A program made the translations under genes and the position numbers. Below are positions 1-13,577 of a DNA stretch of 64,000 bases, piece after piece (position 1 is the stretch's first letter; each line of letters opens with the position of its first letter). The notes below the pieces were generated by a model, which was not told where the DNA came from, ran no database searches, and saw only the letters and a list, made by a program, of their open reading frames with translations. The stretch is from Tubulanus polymorphus (lineage: Eukaryota; Animalia; Nemertea): assembly GCF_964204645.1 (NCBI RefSeq), contig NC_134036.1:2542001-2606000 (forward strand). The letters run 5' to 3'.

Positions 1-844
1 CGTTTCAATTACGGTTAAAGAAGTTCTTGTTTTCATCGAAATTCGATAAAAACAGAAATAAAACTTGAAAATAATTTTCGACGCGCGAAGCCCTCGGAAC
101 TTCCCACAATCCGCTCTGAGAGAGGTTGCCGTGCGATACGTACGTAATTGTTGAGATTCAAAATCACTCAACAATGGTGTTCCGTTTTTTAACACCCTCT
201 CGACACATTACGGGAATGTTGAGCGTAGGAACGGATCCATGTTCTAACTTTGACTACCTCGCAAAAGGGGACTTTTTCAAAAAAGGTACATTAGGAATCT
301 ACCCGATAAGCCATATTCAATTTGTCTCATATGTTCATGATTGCTTCTTAAGTTTTCGAAAATACTCGGAATTTGTCCTGCCTTTCTTCAAAAAGGGCAT
401 TTTAAATTTTTGAGGCATCCTGGATTTACCCTGCAGAAAGAACATTGCAGTAACTTTTCTGCAAGTTTTTCTGTGACCTCGTAGATTTAGATTTATATGT
501 AGATGCAGCGGGACTAAATACAATCTGATCGATCTAAATTTTTCGTGCTTTATCGTATTCAAATTTATGAATCATCTTGTTATGATTTTATCGATTTCGT
601 AACGGACGGTTATTTTTGTTACGATGCGATTTGTTGGATCTAGATTCAAATCGCTCTATGAACGTCCCCGAGAGTCTAATTACACGATTTAGATCACACG
701 AGACCGAATCATTTTGTGATCACGATCGCGGGATTATTTCCGGATTATCGGTGTCAGATTTCATTGATAAATCGTCAACTAATTTCACTCGGGGGGCACG
801 AAACTTTTAAATTTTATGGAATAATCTACTTCATAATCTTCAGG

Positions 845-1055
845 GGGTACAGTTGCTCAAAAGTTGGTTAAATAGTGATAACATAGATAACCAGTGGATA
901 GTTAACATGGTGACAATCAAAACTTAATTGTTATGCTATCTATCTGGCTGGGGCTGTAGTTGCTCAAAATAATGCTGGTTAGAGTTAACCAGTGGATGTT
1001 GAAATAGTGGCGTTTGAAACCTAATTGTTGCTATGGTATTTATCTGGGGGCTGCA
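845..1055. mobile_element. Palindromic MITE family B (termini GGGGCTGCAGTTGCTCAAAAGTTGGTTA), partial tandem copies
   Basis: The same ~130-bp foldback sequence recurs at about 2260-2345, 8770-8830, 12825-12935, 14351-14485, 21604-21700, 23810-23890, 30620-30800 and 42340-42555. Confidence 0.7.
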
Positions 1056-4000
1056 GTATTTTCCACACGGAAGCAACCATATTTTCCGGACAAGCCTTAA
1101 TGGTCACGTCTATTTTGTCATTTTTGGAAATGCCTATATCCCCAATTGAATTGATGATATAATTGTTGGAATAAGGAGTTTGTCATAGTCATTGAAGTGC
1201 CTATGTTGCAAAATACTCTGTAAATTTGAGCCAATAGAATAATGATGTCTTCTGAGGATTTCATGGATTTTGCCATCTTTTGCCAAATGAAATAATGATG
1301 TCATTTGGGCATTTGTGAAGTTTGCCTTTTTTTAATTGCTTATGTTGCTCAAACAGTTGATGATATCAAAGAAGCATTGACCGATGTTGCCATCTTATCC
1401 AAAGCGTATCTGTCAATCAAGGGGTTAAGGCTCTCAGGAACACCTTTCATATTTTTGAACGAATCAGTAATCAACAGTAAGGCCTTCAGTAACATCTTTC
1501 ACATTTCTGTTCAAATCACTCAGTAATCAAGAATGGTACAGTCATTGGGGAATTTATGGAGTTTGCCTGCATTTTGTAAGTGCCTGATGTCAACAAATTA
1601 ATCGGTGATGTCTTTTGGAGATTTATGAAGGTATCATTTGAGTGGCCATCTTGTCTGGATTGTTTTCATTGTTTTTTATTTGATATATCACTGATACGTA
1701 AATGAAGATACTGGTACAATGATGATATTATCTTTCACTGCTAGATCGGACCGTCGAGAGAAGGTCAACGAACTAAATCTCCAGCAGACAAGAGAAATGT
1801 CGTTTTAAACTCCGGCTGTATCCAATCGTCCGAGAACAACAAAGAGATAACATGCGGTCTAACCGTTTAGTGAGCGATAGCGGAAACGTGTCCTGGCGGT
1901 AAATAGTACGCGCAATTAATGCGTAGTTTCCGATGTGTGATAGGGATAGCGATAAATGAGCAATGGGACTAATCCCTACTCGCGAGTGCACCTTTTATCT
2001 CCGATATGTTTAATGAATGAGTGAAGAGTGCACGTCCCATCATTGGATGAAGTGCTCTTATCAGTCAACGGGAAATCTTCGAGTTATCACTTTCGGCCTA
2101 TCTCGCCCGAGTGACATTCCGCGAATTAAAGATGGCTACCTTCTGTAAATCGTTTTATGACATCGTCAAATTCATCATCGCTATCGCAACCGTTAACAAC
2201 ATCGCTTTCCGTTGGAATCGATACACAGCACTTTCCTAGCGGGTGCAAAGTTTGTTGAAGATACCCGACGGATAAATACCAAAGTTTAAACAATGTCCAT
2301 GTCGACTATCCACTGGTTAACTCTAACCAAATTTTGAGGAACGGCAACTCTATTCAAAGTTTTAAGGTGCTCCACTTCAATGGTCGAACAAATTCATGTA
2401 ATCAAATAGACCTTTCTAGAAAAAGTGGCATTCTTCTTCCATTATTTCCCCTATGCCATCATCAACATATCTTTCTAAAAAAGATGGCAACCTGTTAGAA
2501 TCTCCATGTAACATTGTCCAGTTCATGTGGTTGATTGGATACTCTTGGAAAGGATGCATGTATCTCGTTTAAATTTCACGATTTTTTCAAAACAATGGCA
2601 TCTTCTTTGCGTCCGCTGTTTAAGCCACTAAACCTCTTCCCTTAACATATTTTCTCCTTCAATGTTTCTCTCATATGCCCGATCTGTCCCAAACAATTTT
2701 TATTCGGTTTCATTCATTTCCTCTAAATTATTGATGATATGGTAAAAATAATATGATGACTTTGCCAGTAGCCACTAGGCCATACCCCATAGAAAATATC
2801 CCTCCCATTCATTACTCTCCCATTTCCAAATCTGTTTGTTTTTACCGTAATATTTTGTTCTATCTGGACAAATTGATATGATGACTTTGCCCATAGACAT
2901 TGCATCTTTTCCCCTGGTATCCGTCTGTGTCCCTGCCATTGTTCTTCATGTCCCAAGTCTCTTTTTATCGCTGTATTTTATTTGACGTGGTCAAATTAAC
3001 ATGAGGCCAATAAAGACCTTCCCTTGATGGTATCTTGTGGTATCCGTCTGTCCCATCCATGATTGTTCTCCCATGTCCCAATCTGTCCAATCGTTCTCGG
3101 GTGACACACGTTTGTTCACTGCTCACACTGCTGATAAATTATGCACGGGTATAATATACGTGTTTTAGCGTTATCTTTATGGACTTGTCCATCCGTTTTT
3201 TATCAGTTCGCATTATCGAATCAAATCACAGTTTTATTTTCAGGATATTTCGCGCCGACGCGGGTATAAATTATGCAGTAGTTTCAAGTTCCCCCGAGAA
3301 CATCGCCTGTTTGTCTAACTTATCCGTTTTCAGTTCGCAGGTCAACGCATTTACTGTTAGACTTTTTTTCAAATCTACCAATGATGAATTCGCCCACGCA
3401 ATCTTTCACAGAATTTCGGGTTTTTTGAACAGGTTAGTATTTCAGGAGGCATGAAAACATATTGTTTTCAGAGTTTGGTAGGTTACCGGTCTGATGACAG
3501 TTTGATTTAGGGGTTTCGAATACCAGTGACAAATTCACCTACAGAATCTTCCACAAGAAGATTCTCTATTTTTTCCTAAGGTATAGAATTTAGAGGCACA
3601 GATTGTTCAACGACTCTATTGTTCATCTTCGAATTGTACAAACATTTCTGGCCCATTTCAAATTTTTACGTTGAAGAAAAATGTCGTATTATATACAAAG
3701 CATAAATACAGCTTAAATGCCAAGAAACGAATTTATACCATCGGCGATTTGCTTATTGATTTTGGTAATAGTTTAGTAGAATAAGTTTCGATGTAGCTTC
3801 TTAGCCTTTCGAGCCAAGGGGTCTATTTTCTATGCTCATTATCGTTATGAGGATATTGGCTCCCGATACTATTCGCCAGAACCAGACATGACTCCAAAAA
3901 ACAGAAATTCTTTAGAATGGTTTGTGAAGGGGGAGGTAGTTCACTATTCTAGCCGCTAACGTATTGTTAATAGCTGTTCTTATCACTCGCTCCACTTCCC

Positions 4001-4096
4001 GCTGTCAGATCACAGTTGGTCACGCAGCTGGCTGTTCTGGTCACTAAATCTCTGGTCGCTGAAGACCAGTCTGTCCGAGCTGTCGAACCCACAAGC

Positions 4097-4169
4097 GGCG
4101 CCGTGGCTTAGCGGTTAAAGCGCCTGTCTAGTAAACAGGAGATCCCCGGTTCAAATCCGGGCGGTGCCT
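4097..4169 (+). tRNA. trnT-AGT: tRNA-Thr (anticodon AGT), copy 1
   Basis: GGCGCCGTGGCTTAGCGGTTAAAGCGCCTGTCTAGTAAACAGGAGATCCCCGGTTCAAATCCGGGCGGTGCCT. Acceptor stem GGCGCCG/CGGTGCC, anticodon arm CCTGT-CTAGTAA-ACAGG, T-arm CCCGG-TTCAAAT-CCGGG, followed by a T-run Pol III terminator. Confidence 0.96.
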
Positions 4170-4799
4170 TTTTGAAATTTTCTTTAACTTACATTTGAAG
4201 TTACATTGATAGGTTAAGGTTGTTAGATTGACCAAAGTGGTTTTAGGCTGGGTTTTTAAGCGTAGACATTTGGGATGATAGCTCTAAAGTAATTATTAAC
4301 GCCTTTAGAAAGTGGAAATGTTTAAAAATTTCATTTGAGACAATGGCTCTATTAAAGAAAACATTAACGCCTTTGAAATGTGGAAATTGTATTAAAAAGC
4401 TGATTAAAAATAACCAACGGTAGTAGTTGAGAGCTAAGTGAATAAGCTCATCGTTGCATTGCTTGAAAGCTCAATATTGGTCTGACTGTATCGATAAGAT
4501 ACCGTTTTAGTGTTGGTATTTATGCAGCTATCAACCTGCCACGCCCCTCGACAGACATTCATCATGTTCCCAAAACATGTTCGTCCAAGCGTCGTCAGCC
4601 CCCTGTAACAGTACCCCCGGACATTTCTCTTTGAAAATTAATTTGGTTGTCATGTCTGAACAATTGATTTTAGACAGACATTCACTGAGAAAGATGTGTT
4701 CGTCAAGATTTCGCCATGAAGAAGGTCTGAGGCGGTTGGGTATAGACAGCAGATTGACATAGCTACATCAGAGTACTCTGTTGGGCTTGCATCACAGCA

Positions 4800-5290
4800 T
4801 GCCTTAGCACAAGTGGTACAAAAAGTTATCCTTTATTTAATGGAAAAGGTTCATCTTTCTTGTGTTATATTTCACATTCAATCTAACCTTGAACGGATTA
4901 GAGAGGTTCTTAGCTATAAGTTATAAGTTATATCAGTTATAAGTTAGTCTTTATAGTGTACCTCAGCTCAAGTGGTACAGAAAGTTATCATTTTCTTATG
5001 GGAAAGAAGTTCATCTTTCTTTTGTTACTTTGCATTCAATGTAACCTTAAACGGATCGAATAGGTACCGTGATTCTATCAGTTATAAGTTAGTCTTTATA
5101 GTGTACCTCAGCTCAAGTGGTACAGAAAGTTATCATTTTCTTATGGGAAAGAAATTCATCTTTCTTTTGTTGTTACTTTGCATTCAATCTAACTGATTCG
5201 GTCTGTTATAAGTTTGGTTTCATAACGGGCCTCGGCTTAGTGGTACAAAAGAAGTTCATCTTTTTTGTTATTCTGCGTTCAATCTTACAT
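4800..5290. repeat. Degenerate tandem repeat, ~130-155-bp unit, 3-4 copies
   Basis: AGTGGTACA(G/A)AAAGTTATC...GTTCATCTTT recurs at about 4811, 4970, 5115 and 5240. Confidence 0.75.
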
Positions 5291-6384
5291 TACGTTGTTC
5301 ATCTTTCGCTTTTTTCCATTAAATCTAACCTTGAACCACGGATCGAAGAGAAATTTCGTCGTTCTCTTGGGCATCGATTTACATTGAGAATGCTGAAATT
5401 AGTGTTTAGTATTCAACGCCCATTAATGGCGAGATTGACAAAGCGAGAAAGAAACGATCGAGGCCTCAAGGCAAATATGTCCCTGAAGATGATGATGATG
5501 ATGACGCATCTACGAAGATCATCAACGCGGTTATTGAACTTAGAGTTGTTATTGATCTTAATTCTGGATATGGTTCAACCACCTGGAACTTCAACAAACA
5601 AACCCGTTTAGATTAGATTGTTGTCTAGTTTAACAACCGTAACGTATTGTTGTCATCGTAATTATATTGTATTTCTGCATTCGCAACAAAGAACTGTGGA
5701 TGGCAATCCCGATACCAACTGATTTCTATTTTGTGCATAGAGTGACTTTAAGTTTTTTATTACCTATTATTTGCCATTGCCACGAATAGTATTGTTACAA
5801 TCTGTATTTTTCTATAGGCCCTTTTTCATTATTTGGAGTACAGATTTTTTCAAGAAAAGGGAAGGAAAAAATAAGAATCGAACAGAACTTGCGATGAAAA
5901 CGCGGAGGGCGAAATCTTTTTTTCATTTCTATGGTTTTTTTCTGAATTCTAGGGGTGCGGATCCGTGCTCCAAGTAACTAAAAAAAGAAGAAGGCATCGA
6001 CCTTCCTGTGTTGCCCTTGGGGGAAGTTACAAAATACATGATAGAAATAGGAAATTGCTGAGGAGGCTGAATCGAGGCATAAATGCCGTACATAATCGTC
6101 CTAGTAACATTTTTAATTGCATGGAGATGGTAGCAACAAACTTTAGGATGTCGTCGAACCCTGACCACCACCACCACACGTCCTGCAGAGGTGTAGACAC
6201 AATCTAGTTACGTCGAACGAGCGCCGTGTTTATCTTCAAACACAGACAATGCGTGATCAGCAGAGTTAACAACCATATTGTTACGTGATGGCTGAAAGAG
6301 CGTCCGTATTCTTATGGCAAACTTATCCCGGTATTTGTGTGACAACCTATGAGGACACTGAAATTCATAGCAATACAAATCGAT

Positions 6385-6525
6385 ACCCAGTCTATAAAAC
6401 CGGGCCCAGGTTTAGGATTTACCCCTAAGGGTAACTTTGATGCCTAGTCTATAAAACCGGGCCCAGATTTAAGATTTACCCCTAAGGGTAACTTTGATAC
6501 TCAGTTCATAAAACCGGACCCAGGT
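6385..6525. repeat. ~58-bp tandem repeat (2.5 copies) resembling the end of MITE family C
   Basis: AGTCTATAAAACCGGGCCCAG..TTTACCCCTAAGGGTAACTTTGAT is repeated; it resembles the termini at 13463-13577 and 21706-21863. Confidence 0.65.
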
Positions 6526-7029
6526 TGGCACATACTCAATTGATATCGGGATTGTAATTGGACGCAGCACTGTATAGAACTATATTACTCGCTGTTCCAT
6601 GGTCTCGCCTCCTCTCTACGCAGAATTACTTAAATTTCACCAAGAGTTTTTATACATCTTTGATAAGTTTCAATGGCTAACGTGTATTACGTTACCACCA
6701 ATGGCTACGTGTAGGACTAAAACGGTTTTTATCTTGTATAATTTGAATAGTTTCGAAGGTCGTTCGTTATTACGTTACGAACGACACAGACAGTGTAAAA
6801 AGTTTCATCGCCTCATGCGTACTCGAAGTTTCGTAGTTTAAGTTACGCAAACGGTTTCGGATTTAAGCTTTGTTGGCTGAATTCCATCTGAAGCAGACGG
6901 TTGATGAGTTACCGGCGATTAATGATGCTATTCAATGTTAGATTTTCTAAAAGGGAGAAAAGGTCATAGATTTACTGAATGGTCGAAGTCGTTGGGAATG
7001 AGTCAAAATATCGAGGATAAGTTAATTAA

Positions 7030-7315
7030 ATAAAGCCCGGCAAAAGCAAGAAATAAATTCTCAAAGGTTAACGAATGAAAAAAATTTGTTTTTGCCCTTA
7101 TTGCACTTTGCATCTCACATTTCTTCTTAAATTAATTTTCAATTTCTCTAAAAGCCCGATAAAAAAATCAAATTCTCGAAGGCTAAAGAATGAAAAAAAA
7201 ATGTATTGTTGCATTGCGCACCTCCCACCTCTTCTTAAATTAATTTCTAATTTCTCTAAAAGCCCTGCAAAAAAGTAAAAGAAAGTTCTCGAAGGCTAAA
7301 GAATGAAAAAAAAAC
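7030..7315. repeat. ~120-bp tandem repeat, ~2.5 copies
   Basis: AAAGCCC..TTCTCGAAGGCTAAAGAATGAAAAAAA..CTTCTTAAATTAATTT is repeated. Confidence 0.65.
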
Positions 7316-8688
7316 CGTTAAGTTGCCAATAATGCGGTATGATTAGTTGCGAAATTAGAAATTCCTGAAATGATTGGCGTTTACCACGGAATGGTATTGG
7401 CTTGAGGGACAACACGACGCCAAAGTGGTGGAGGTGGGTTTCTTTTTTAATTTAATGCACAATGAAATAATGCAGCAACAGCAGCAGCTCTTCGCTTCGC
7501 TTTCCAATATCTTCGAGGAATTTTCGCCGCCATCTTGCATCCGCAGCTTTCGCAACAATTGAAAAATTTGAATATCGTCGACATGACGACAATGACAAGG
7601 AAAATGAGAATATTTCTTGGTAAAAAAATTTTTTCGTTCTAGTTTCTGCACGCTTCAATACTCTCGAGAACGTCCTAACCTTCACACCTATCTTATGTTT
7701 ATGTGTGGTGAAAACCAAAAACCCAAAATTGTTTCAACCTAACTGGGGAGTACGACATCTAAACCGATTAGAACAGTAACCTAATCCACCATCCTCGATT
7801 ACTGATTCTAAAACCGGCAATGTACAAATTTTTCCCGAACGAAATTCATAATTGAAAATGTCATCAGTCAAGAAAACGTTAATTGAACATATCTAATTGA
7901 TGAGTCGTTGTGGGTGGCAACGGGAACGTTATTACAACAGTCAGATCGGTTACAACGCACTCGCTTGCCAGGGTCACGTATCGCACGAATTGGATAATTG
8001 ATGGATATCGATTTTCGTAAAAACCGCAGCTGGTATATATAGATTCACTGGACTCTGGGTGGTCTCACTCACAATCTCAACGGAATCAACGTCACGTCAA
8101 AATTCAGAATTTGAAATTTTAATGCTCATCGCCTATTATTGTTATCGGACAATGTTATTATTGATTTCAGTAGTTAATAGTAGTTAAGGCCTAAGAATTT
8201 GAACACACACTATCGAACAATTTGATTATTGATTCAGGTAATAGTTTAGTGAAGTGGTTCCGTTTCGATGTTATAGGCTTCAGAATTTAAACTTTAACGC
8301 TAATCGCCTATAGGCCTATTATCGGACAATTTGCTTATCGATTTTGGTATTAGTTAAGTGAAAGTGGTTTCGACGTGGTAGGCTTCTTAGTCTTTCATGG
8401 GAAAAGGAGCTTGTTTTCTCAGCTTATCGTAAAAAAGAGAATTGGCCCCCAAAACCAGTTGCACGTGTAGTGACAAGTACAAAAATCTTTGAAATAGTTT
8501 TACGCCTTGTTATTCAATAAGCTATGAATTGGGGTTGGGAGTTAACCAAGGTTCTTTGGCAGTCCTACTGTTGATGGCTGTTCTGATGTCAGATAACAGT
8601 TGGTCACGCAGCTGGTCACTGACCCGCACATGTCACCACCAGATAAAGAACTGACCAGGAGTCTGTCCAAGCTGTCGAACCCACAAGC

Positions 8689-8761
8689 GGCGCCGTGGCT
8701 TAGCGGTTAAAGCGCCTGTCTAGTAAACAGGAGATCCCCGGTTCAAATCCGGGCGGTGCCT
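8689..8761 (+). tRNA. trnT-AGT: tRNA-Thr (anticodon AGT), copy 2
   Basis: Identical 73-nt sequence to 4097-4169, followed by a T-run terminator. Confidence 0.96.
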
Positions 8762-9573
8762 TTTAATTTTCACTTTGTCAACTATCCACTGGTTAACTCT
8801 AACCAACTTTTCAGCAACTGCAGCCCCTTTGATTACATTAACCGACATTATGATGGTTATCTTTAACCAACTTTTGCACACCTGACTAATGAACATTGAT
8901 GGCTTGCAAGCACGTGCTTATAGGTTAATTAGTTAATTACAGGTTAACTGTGGACACTTATTCAAACGAATTCTTCCACGGTAGCGATATTAGCGAGACA
9001 AACTATAATTACGTAATTACGTTTACGGACACGCTTTGCTTCAGGATTCGGGGACTGCGCGGGACGGAGATTGTTATCGGTGTATAAGTGAAACGGAGAA
9101 TGATGAGAAAGGCGCGACGAGATGGAGAAGCAATAACTATGGAACTATCTGTATCTATACTAGTGATTGTGATACAGAGATTGAAGTAATGAATGAAAAG
9201 GGAGGGAGATGGGACTGATAACTGGGTTACGGGTGCGAAATTAAGAGCACAATGAATTGAGAAAGCTGAGAGGAAATGGACGATAAGGCTGTAACGAGGA
9301 ATATAAAAACTCAGTTTTTACGATATGCATATATTTTAGTCCCTCATCTTTTGTCGTCGTTTCGTGTGCTCGTTTTGCACTTTTTATTGCCGTTCGTTAT
9401 TTCTCCGGGAAACTGTCCTAACTTTTTTACTCTGGAGGGAACAAGTTCGAAATATAAAGAATAGACTGTGGAGTGGGTGTGATGGGGGAAGATGGAAGAT
9501 AAGGCTGTGAGGAAATGAAGACCGTTATCGCTTGACGGCAACAACAGATTTTCCATTTTTCGGTCTTAAGTTA

Positions 9574-10390
9574 AAAATGAGTTTAGACTGGTCTTAAGTT
9601 GTTAGATTTGTTATAGAACCAAAATGAGTTTAGACTGGTCTTAAGTTGTTAGATTGGTTATAGAACCAAAATGAGTTTAGACTGGTCTTAAGTTGTTAGA
9701 TTGGTTATAGAACCAAAATGAGTTTAGACTGGTCTTAAGTTGTTAGATTGGTTATAGAACCAAAATGAGTTTAGACTGGTCTTAAGTTGTTAGATTGGTT
9801 ATAGAACCAAAATGAGTTTAGACTGGTCTTAAGTTGTTAGATTGGTTATAGAACCAAAATGAGTTTAGACTGGTCTTAAGTTGTTAGATTGGTTATAAAA
9901 CCAAAATGAGTTCATAGACTGGTCTCAAGTTGTTGGATTGGTTATAGAACTAAAATGAGCTTAGACTGGTCTTAAGTTGTTAGATTGGTTATAGAACCAA
10001 AATGAGTTTAGACTGGTCTTAAGTTGTTAGATTGGTTATAAAACCAAAATGAGTTCATAGACTGGTCTCAAGTTGTTGGATTGGTTATAGAACTAAAATG
10101 AGCTTAGACTGGTCTTAAGTTGTTAGATTGGTTATAAAACCAAAATGAGTTCATAGACTGGTCTCAAGTTGTTGGATTGGTTATAGAACTAAAATGAGCT
10201 TAGACTGGTCTTAAGTTCTTAGATTGGTTATAGAACTAGAATGAGTTTAGACTGGTCTTAAGTTGTTAGATTGGTAATAGAACTAAAATGAGCTTAGACT
10301 GGTCTCAAGTTGATAGATTGGCTATAGAACTAAAATGAGCTTAGACCGATCTTAAGTTGTAAGATTGGTCATAGAACTAAGTTGGTCTAA
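9574..10390. repeat. 47-bp minisatellite (~17 copies) derived from the interior of MITE family A
   Basis: Unit AAAATGAGTTTAGACTGGTCTTAAGTTGTTAGATTGGTTATAGAACC, with a 47-bp period (ATG at 9577, 9624 and so on). The core matches the intact MITE at 10789-10927. Confidence 0.95.
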
Positions 10391-10788
10391 AATGTAAGCC
10401 AATGACACTGACTCCTTGAGTAATTGAACGGTTGGTGTCTAGAGGGATATGCGAATGGACAAGCGGGCACTCAGAAGTCCAACAAGATAATAGCACAGTA
10501 GCGGAGCCGGTTGATTTCTGCTATCTGTTGTCGGTAACCACTTTACCTTACAACCCCTGATAATGCATCTTTGATTAGTCTGTGCCGGTTCCGTCCACAT
10601 GCAAATGTACTACAGAACATTATCCGTCACTGTTACCGAAAGCGTCATTACTCTCAATACCTCAATGTCTCTTAGACTTTCCGTTCATTTCTTTCTAAAA
10701 TGTCGAGCATTTTTAAGTGAAAATTCATGGACCATTTGCGCATTCGAAGCTTAGACTTAAGACCAGTCTAAGACGAGCTTACAGCTCT

Positions 10789-10927
10789 GGGGCCAGTTGC
10801 ACAGTCGTGACTTAAGTCCAAACGTGGTCTTAAATCTTAAGACTGGTCTTAAGTTGTTAGATGGGTTATAGAACTAAGTTGGTCTTAGGCTGGTCTTAAG
10901 TCTAAGCTATGACTATGCAACCGGCCC
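10789..10927. mobile_element. MITE family A (TIR GGGCCAGTTGCA(C/T)AGTC), Harbinger-like
   Basis: GGGGCCAGTTGCACAGTCGTGACTTA...GACTATGCAACCGGCCC. Other copies at 46173-46299 (flanked by CTG on both sides), 11313-11365 (partial) and 29870-29990 (reverse). Confidence 0.8.
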
Positions 10928-13462
10928 GACCATGTAGGTAATCTAACAGCTTGATACCAACCGAGATAAAAGATCACTTTTGGACTAAAAGTCTTGACTA
11001 TGTTATCAGCCCCTGGTGAAGACATCGAGACTGAAGAATGAAATCGTCTTATATGTATAAGGATTTAAGATTTAAGATCTTACGATATAAGTTTTAAGCT
11101 ATACTTTGTCTAGAGCATGCATGTTTTGTTTCTTGTCAAGAAGAGATCCACCTAGTTTAATGATAACAGCCGTACAATGATGACATCATCAGGTGGCTTC
11201 ACCAAGAACCTTAGTGTCTAATGTACCACCAGGATCATTTTGTTTACATGAATCGCCACATCATAGAGCTAATTCAATGACACCATCATCATCATCATCT
11301 GCATCATCATCGAAGTTGGTCTTAGACTGGTCTTAAGTCTAAGCCATGACTATGCAACCGGCCCCAGGTGGCTTCACCAGTAACCTTAGTGTCCGATGTA
11401 TCCACTAGGATCGCTGAGCTTTCCAGGACTGGTTGAACAGGTGGCCATTTTTTCTGGAAGTGACTCGCGACGTCTAAAATCATGACGTCAATGGGGTATA
11501 TACAATGGCAGCCATCTTTTTGCGGTTGTGTTTATATGAATCGCGATCAATTTATGGAAGCCCAGGGCTCATTCAATCACCTTTTTTTCAACGTAATTTT
11601 GAGGCCACAAATTAAACCATTTTTTTGTTATGTATATAATCGCTGGACGTACGAATCTGTCCGCTTGATTTCACTAAATCGTAACCACACCCGCTGTAAA
11701 TGGCTGGTGTAAAGTGTATCGTTGTACACTACACAGATGACGTTAATTAACGTATTAACAATGAGCCGAGTGTATTAACAGGTAAGTGGCTTGGTTTTGC
11801 CCGGGGAAGAGGAGAGAAAGAGGAGAGAAGCGAGAGAAAATGAAAGAGTAATTGTTTGTAGTTTCTCTTTTCATCTTTATCCGTAACGGTTTTAACTGTT
11901 GCCAGGTGATTTTTGGAAAACTGCCATATCATCACGTGACGTCATCATCGAGGTCTTCTGAAGAAAGTTTGCTTTTTGCTGTCTCCCAATTGTCGGTGTG
12001 GCGATGCAGACGGTTCCAGAAAAAGATGCTAGCTTCCATAAATCCGCCTATGACATCATCAGATCGATATCGTACCCGATATAACACCTCCAGAAAAGAT
12101 GGCCGTCCAAGTTATAAATCCGCCAAGAATGCCATCATCAAACTGATGTGGTAAAGGGCACTTAAAATAGAGATGGCTGTCATTGGTGAGATTCCGCCTA
12201 TTACGTCATCAGATCGATGTGGTCAAGGGCACTTGCACTGGCCATCTCTAGAGTTATCCTCCCTATGACATCATCAGTTCGATGCGATGACGTCACTGAT
12301 GAAGAATTCGAGAAAAAATGATGATAAGTTTGAAAAGGTTTTACAATACGGCAGAAGAGACGAGAGATACCTCACTAATAAGTGCATCTTGTACCGACAT
12401 GAGATTTACAACGCCGGGTCTGATACGACTTAACCTTCAATCGTTACCTCAACGTTTACGTTTCCCTACTACCATTACGTTTACGTAAAAACATGCACGC
12501 GCGTAGTTCGTGAGAGAGTTGTAGTAGAAATATTTGATTTATAGTTTGTTTTTGCAGGCAGAGTTATTGACTTCTGCTGCAGTTGCTGCGGTGGCTATAC
12601 CGCCTTACTACACCCACCTTACTACTGATATTCCTACTACACTAGATTGCACCAATAAACCGGCCTTGGCGCAATCTAACACCACGCGTGATGCGCTACC
12701 ACGGAATATAACTACTGCACTTTTACTCACTTTTACACCATGGACCCTTAGAACGAATCGAGCTATTCATGGGTCAGCATTTTCGAAATTTGTCAAGAGT
12801 TACTATGACATTTATCATGGACAGCACTTGGTTAAAAGTTGGTTAGAATTAACCACAGTGGATAGTGTTGTCACATATTGACACTTAAAACTTCAATATA
12901 ACTATGGTATTTATCAGCTGGTAATCTTTAACCGACTTGACCCCAGCTCTCACCTACAGATCGTCCCATCCATGATATCTATCCTCCTCAGACCTTCATC
13001 TCTCTCACCTCCCTAGGTTTCTCTAGCTCTCCCCTTCCCAATGCTTCTCCACTCTATCTTCCCTTCCCTTTTACTATGCCCTCCCTCAGCCTGGCCCCTC
13101 CCCCTCTCTCTTGGTACTCCACCACGTTTTGCCTTTATTTCCTCTCCTGCCCTCCTCACTATCCCCCCTCTCTCGTCCCTCTCTCTCTCCTCTCGTCCCT
13201 CATACTGCTGACTCACACTGAATCGGCCCCCTCTCCGGATGACGTGTTGTCTGGGTAACTCGCTTTGATTGTTGGAAAGTAAATAAATGTGAAGGCACAA
13301 TTTTTTTTCCGGGAAACGATGATTATCAAAGAAAATCGTCGGTGAACAACATCTCCCGATATTGAACAGGATATGAAGACACAAGAAAAAGTAGATCATC
13401 TTATGTTGCACGAAGCCTTTGTGGTTTATCCACACACTAAGAAAAACTCTCAGTTCCGCAAC

Positions 13463-13577
13463 AGGGTCTGGTTTTATAGACTGGTATTACCTTTCATAAC
13501 CCGGGGGCTAACTTAATTCATTTTCGATTGAGTTAGCCCCTCGGTTAAAGGTAATACCAGTCTATAAAACCGAGCCC
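13463..13577. mobile_element. Palindromic MITE family C (GGGTCTGGTTTTATAGACTGG...CCAGTCTATAAAACCGAGCCC)
   Basis: Near-perfect foldback of ~115 bp. A related copy at 21706-21863 has CTG flanks. Confidence 0.7.

Noticed and set aside
5117-5611. 164-aa ORF
   Set aside because: It starts inside a tandem repeat with a non-ATG start and has no recognisable domain or splice context.
9574-10390. Regular short repeats (also 48044-48366, 51814-52405 and 60298-60755) as CRISPR-like arrays
   Set aside because: The units are contiguous and near-identical, with no unique spacers and no cas genes, and the context is eukaryotic. They are minisatellites.
12558-12760. Exon-like GC-richer segment after TTTTTGCAG
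   Set aside because: No recognisable protein and no convincing donor or partner exon. It may be a UTR exon, but this cannot be supported.
13013-13435. 140-aa ORF with an Arg/Glu/Gly-rich end
   Set aside because: It derives from a CT-rich low-complexity tract.
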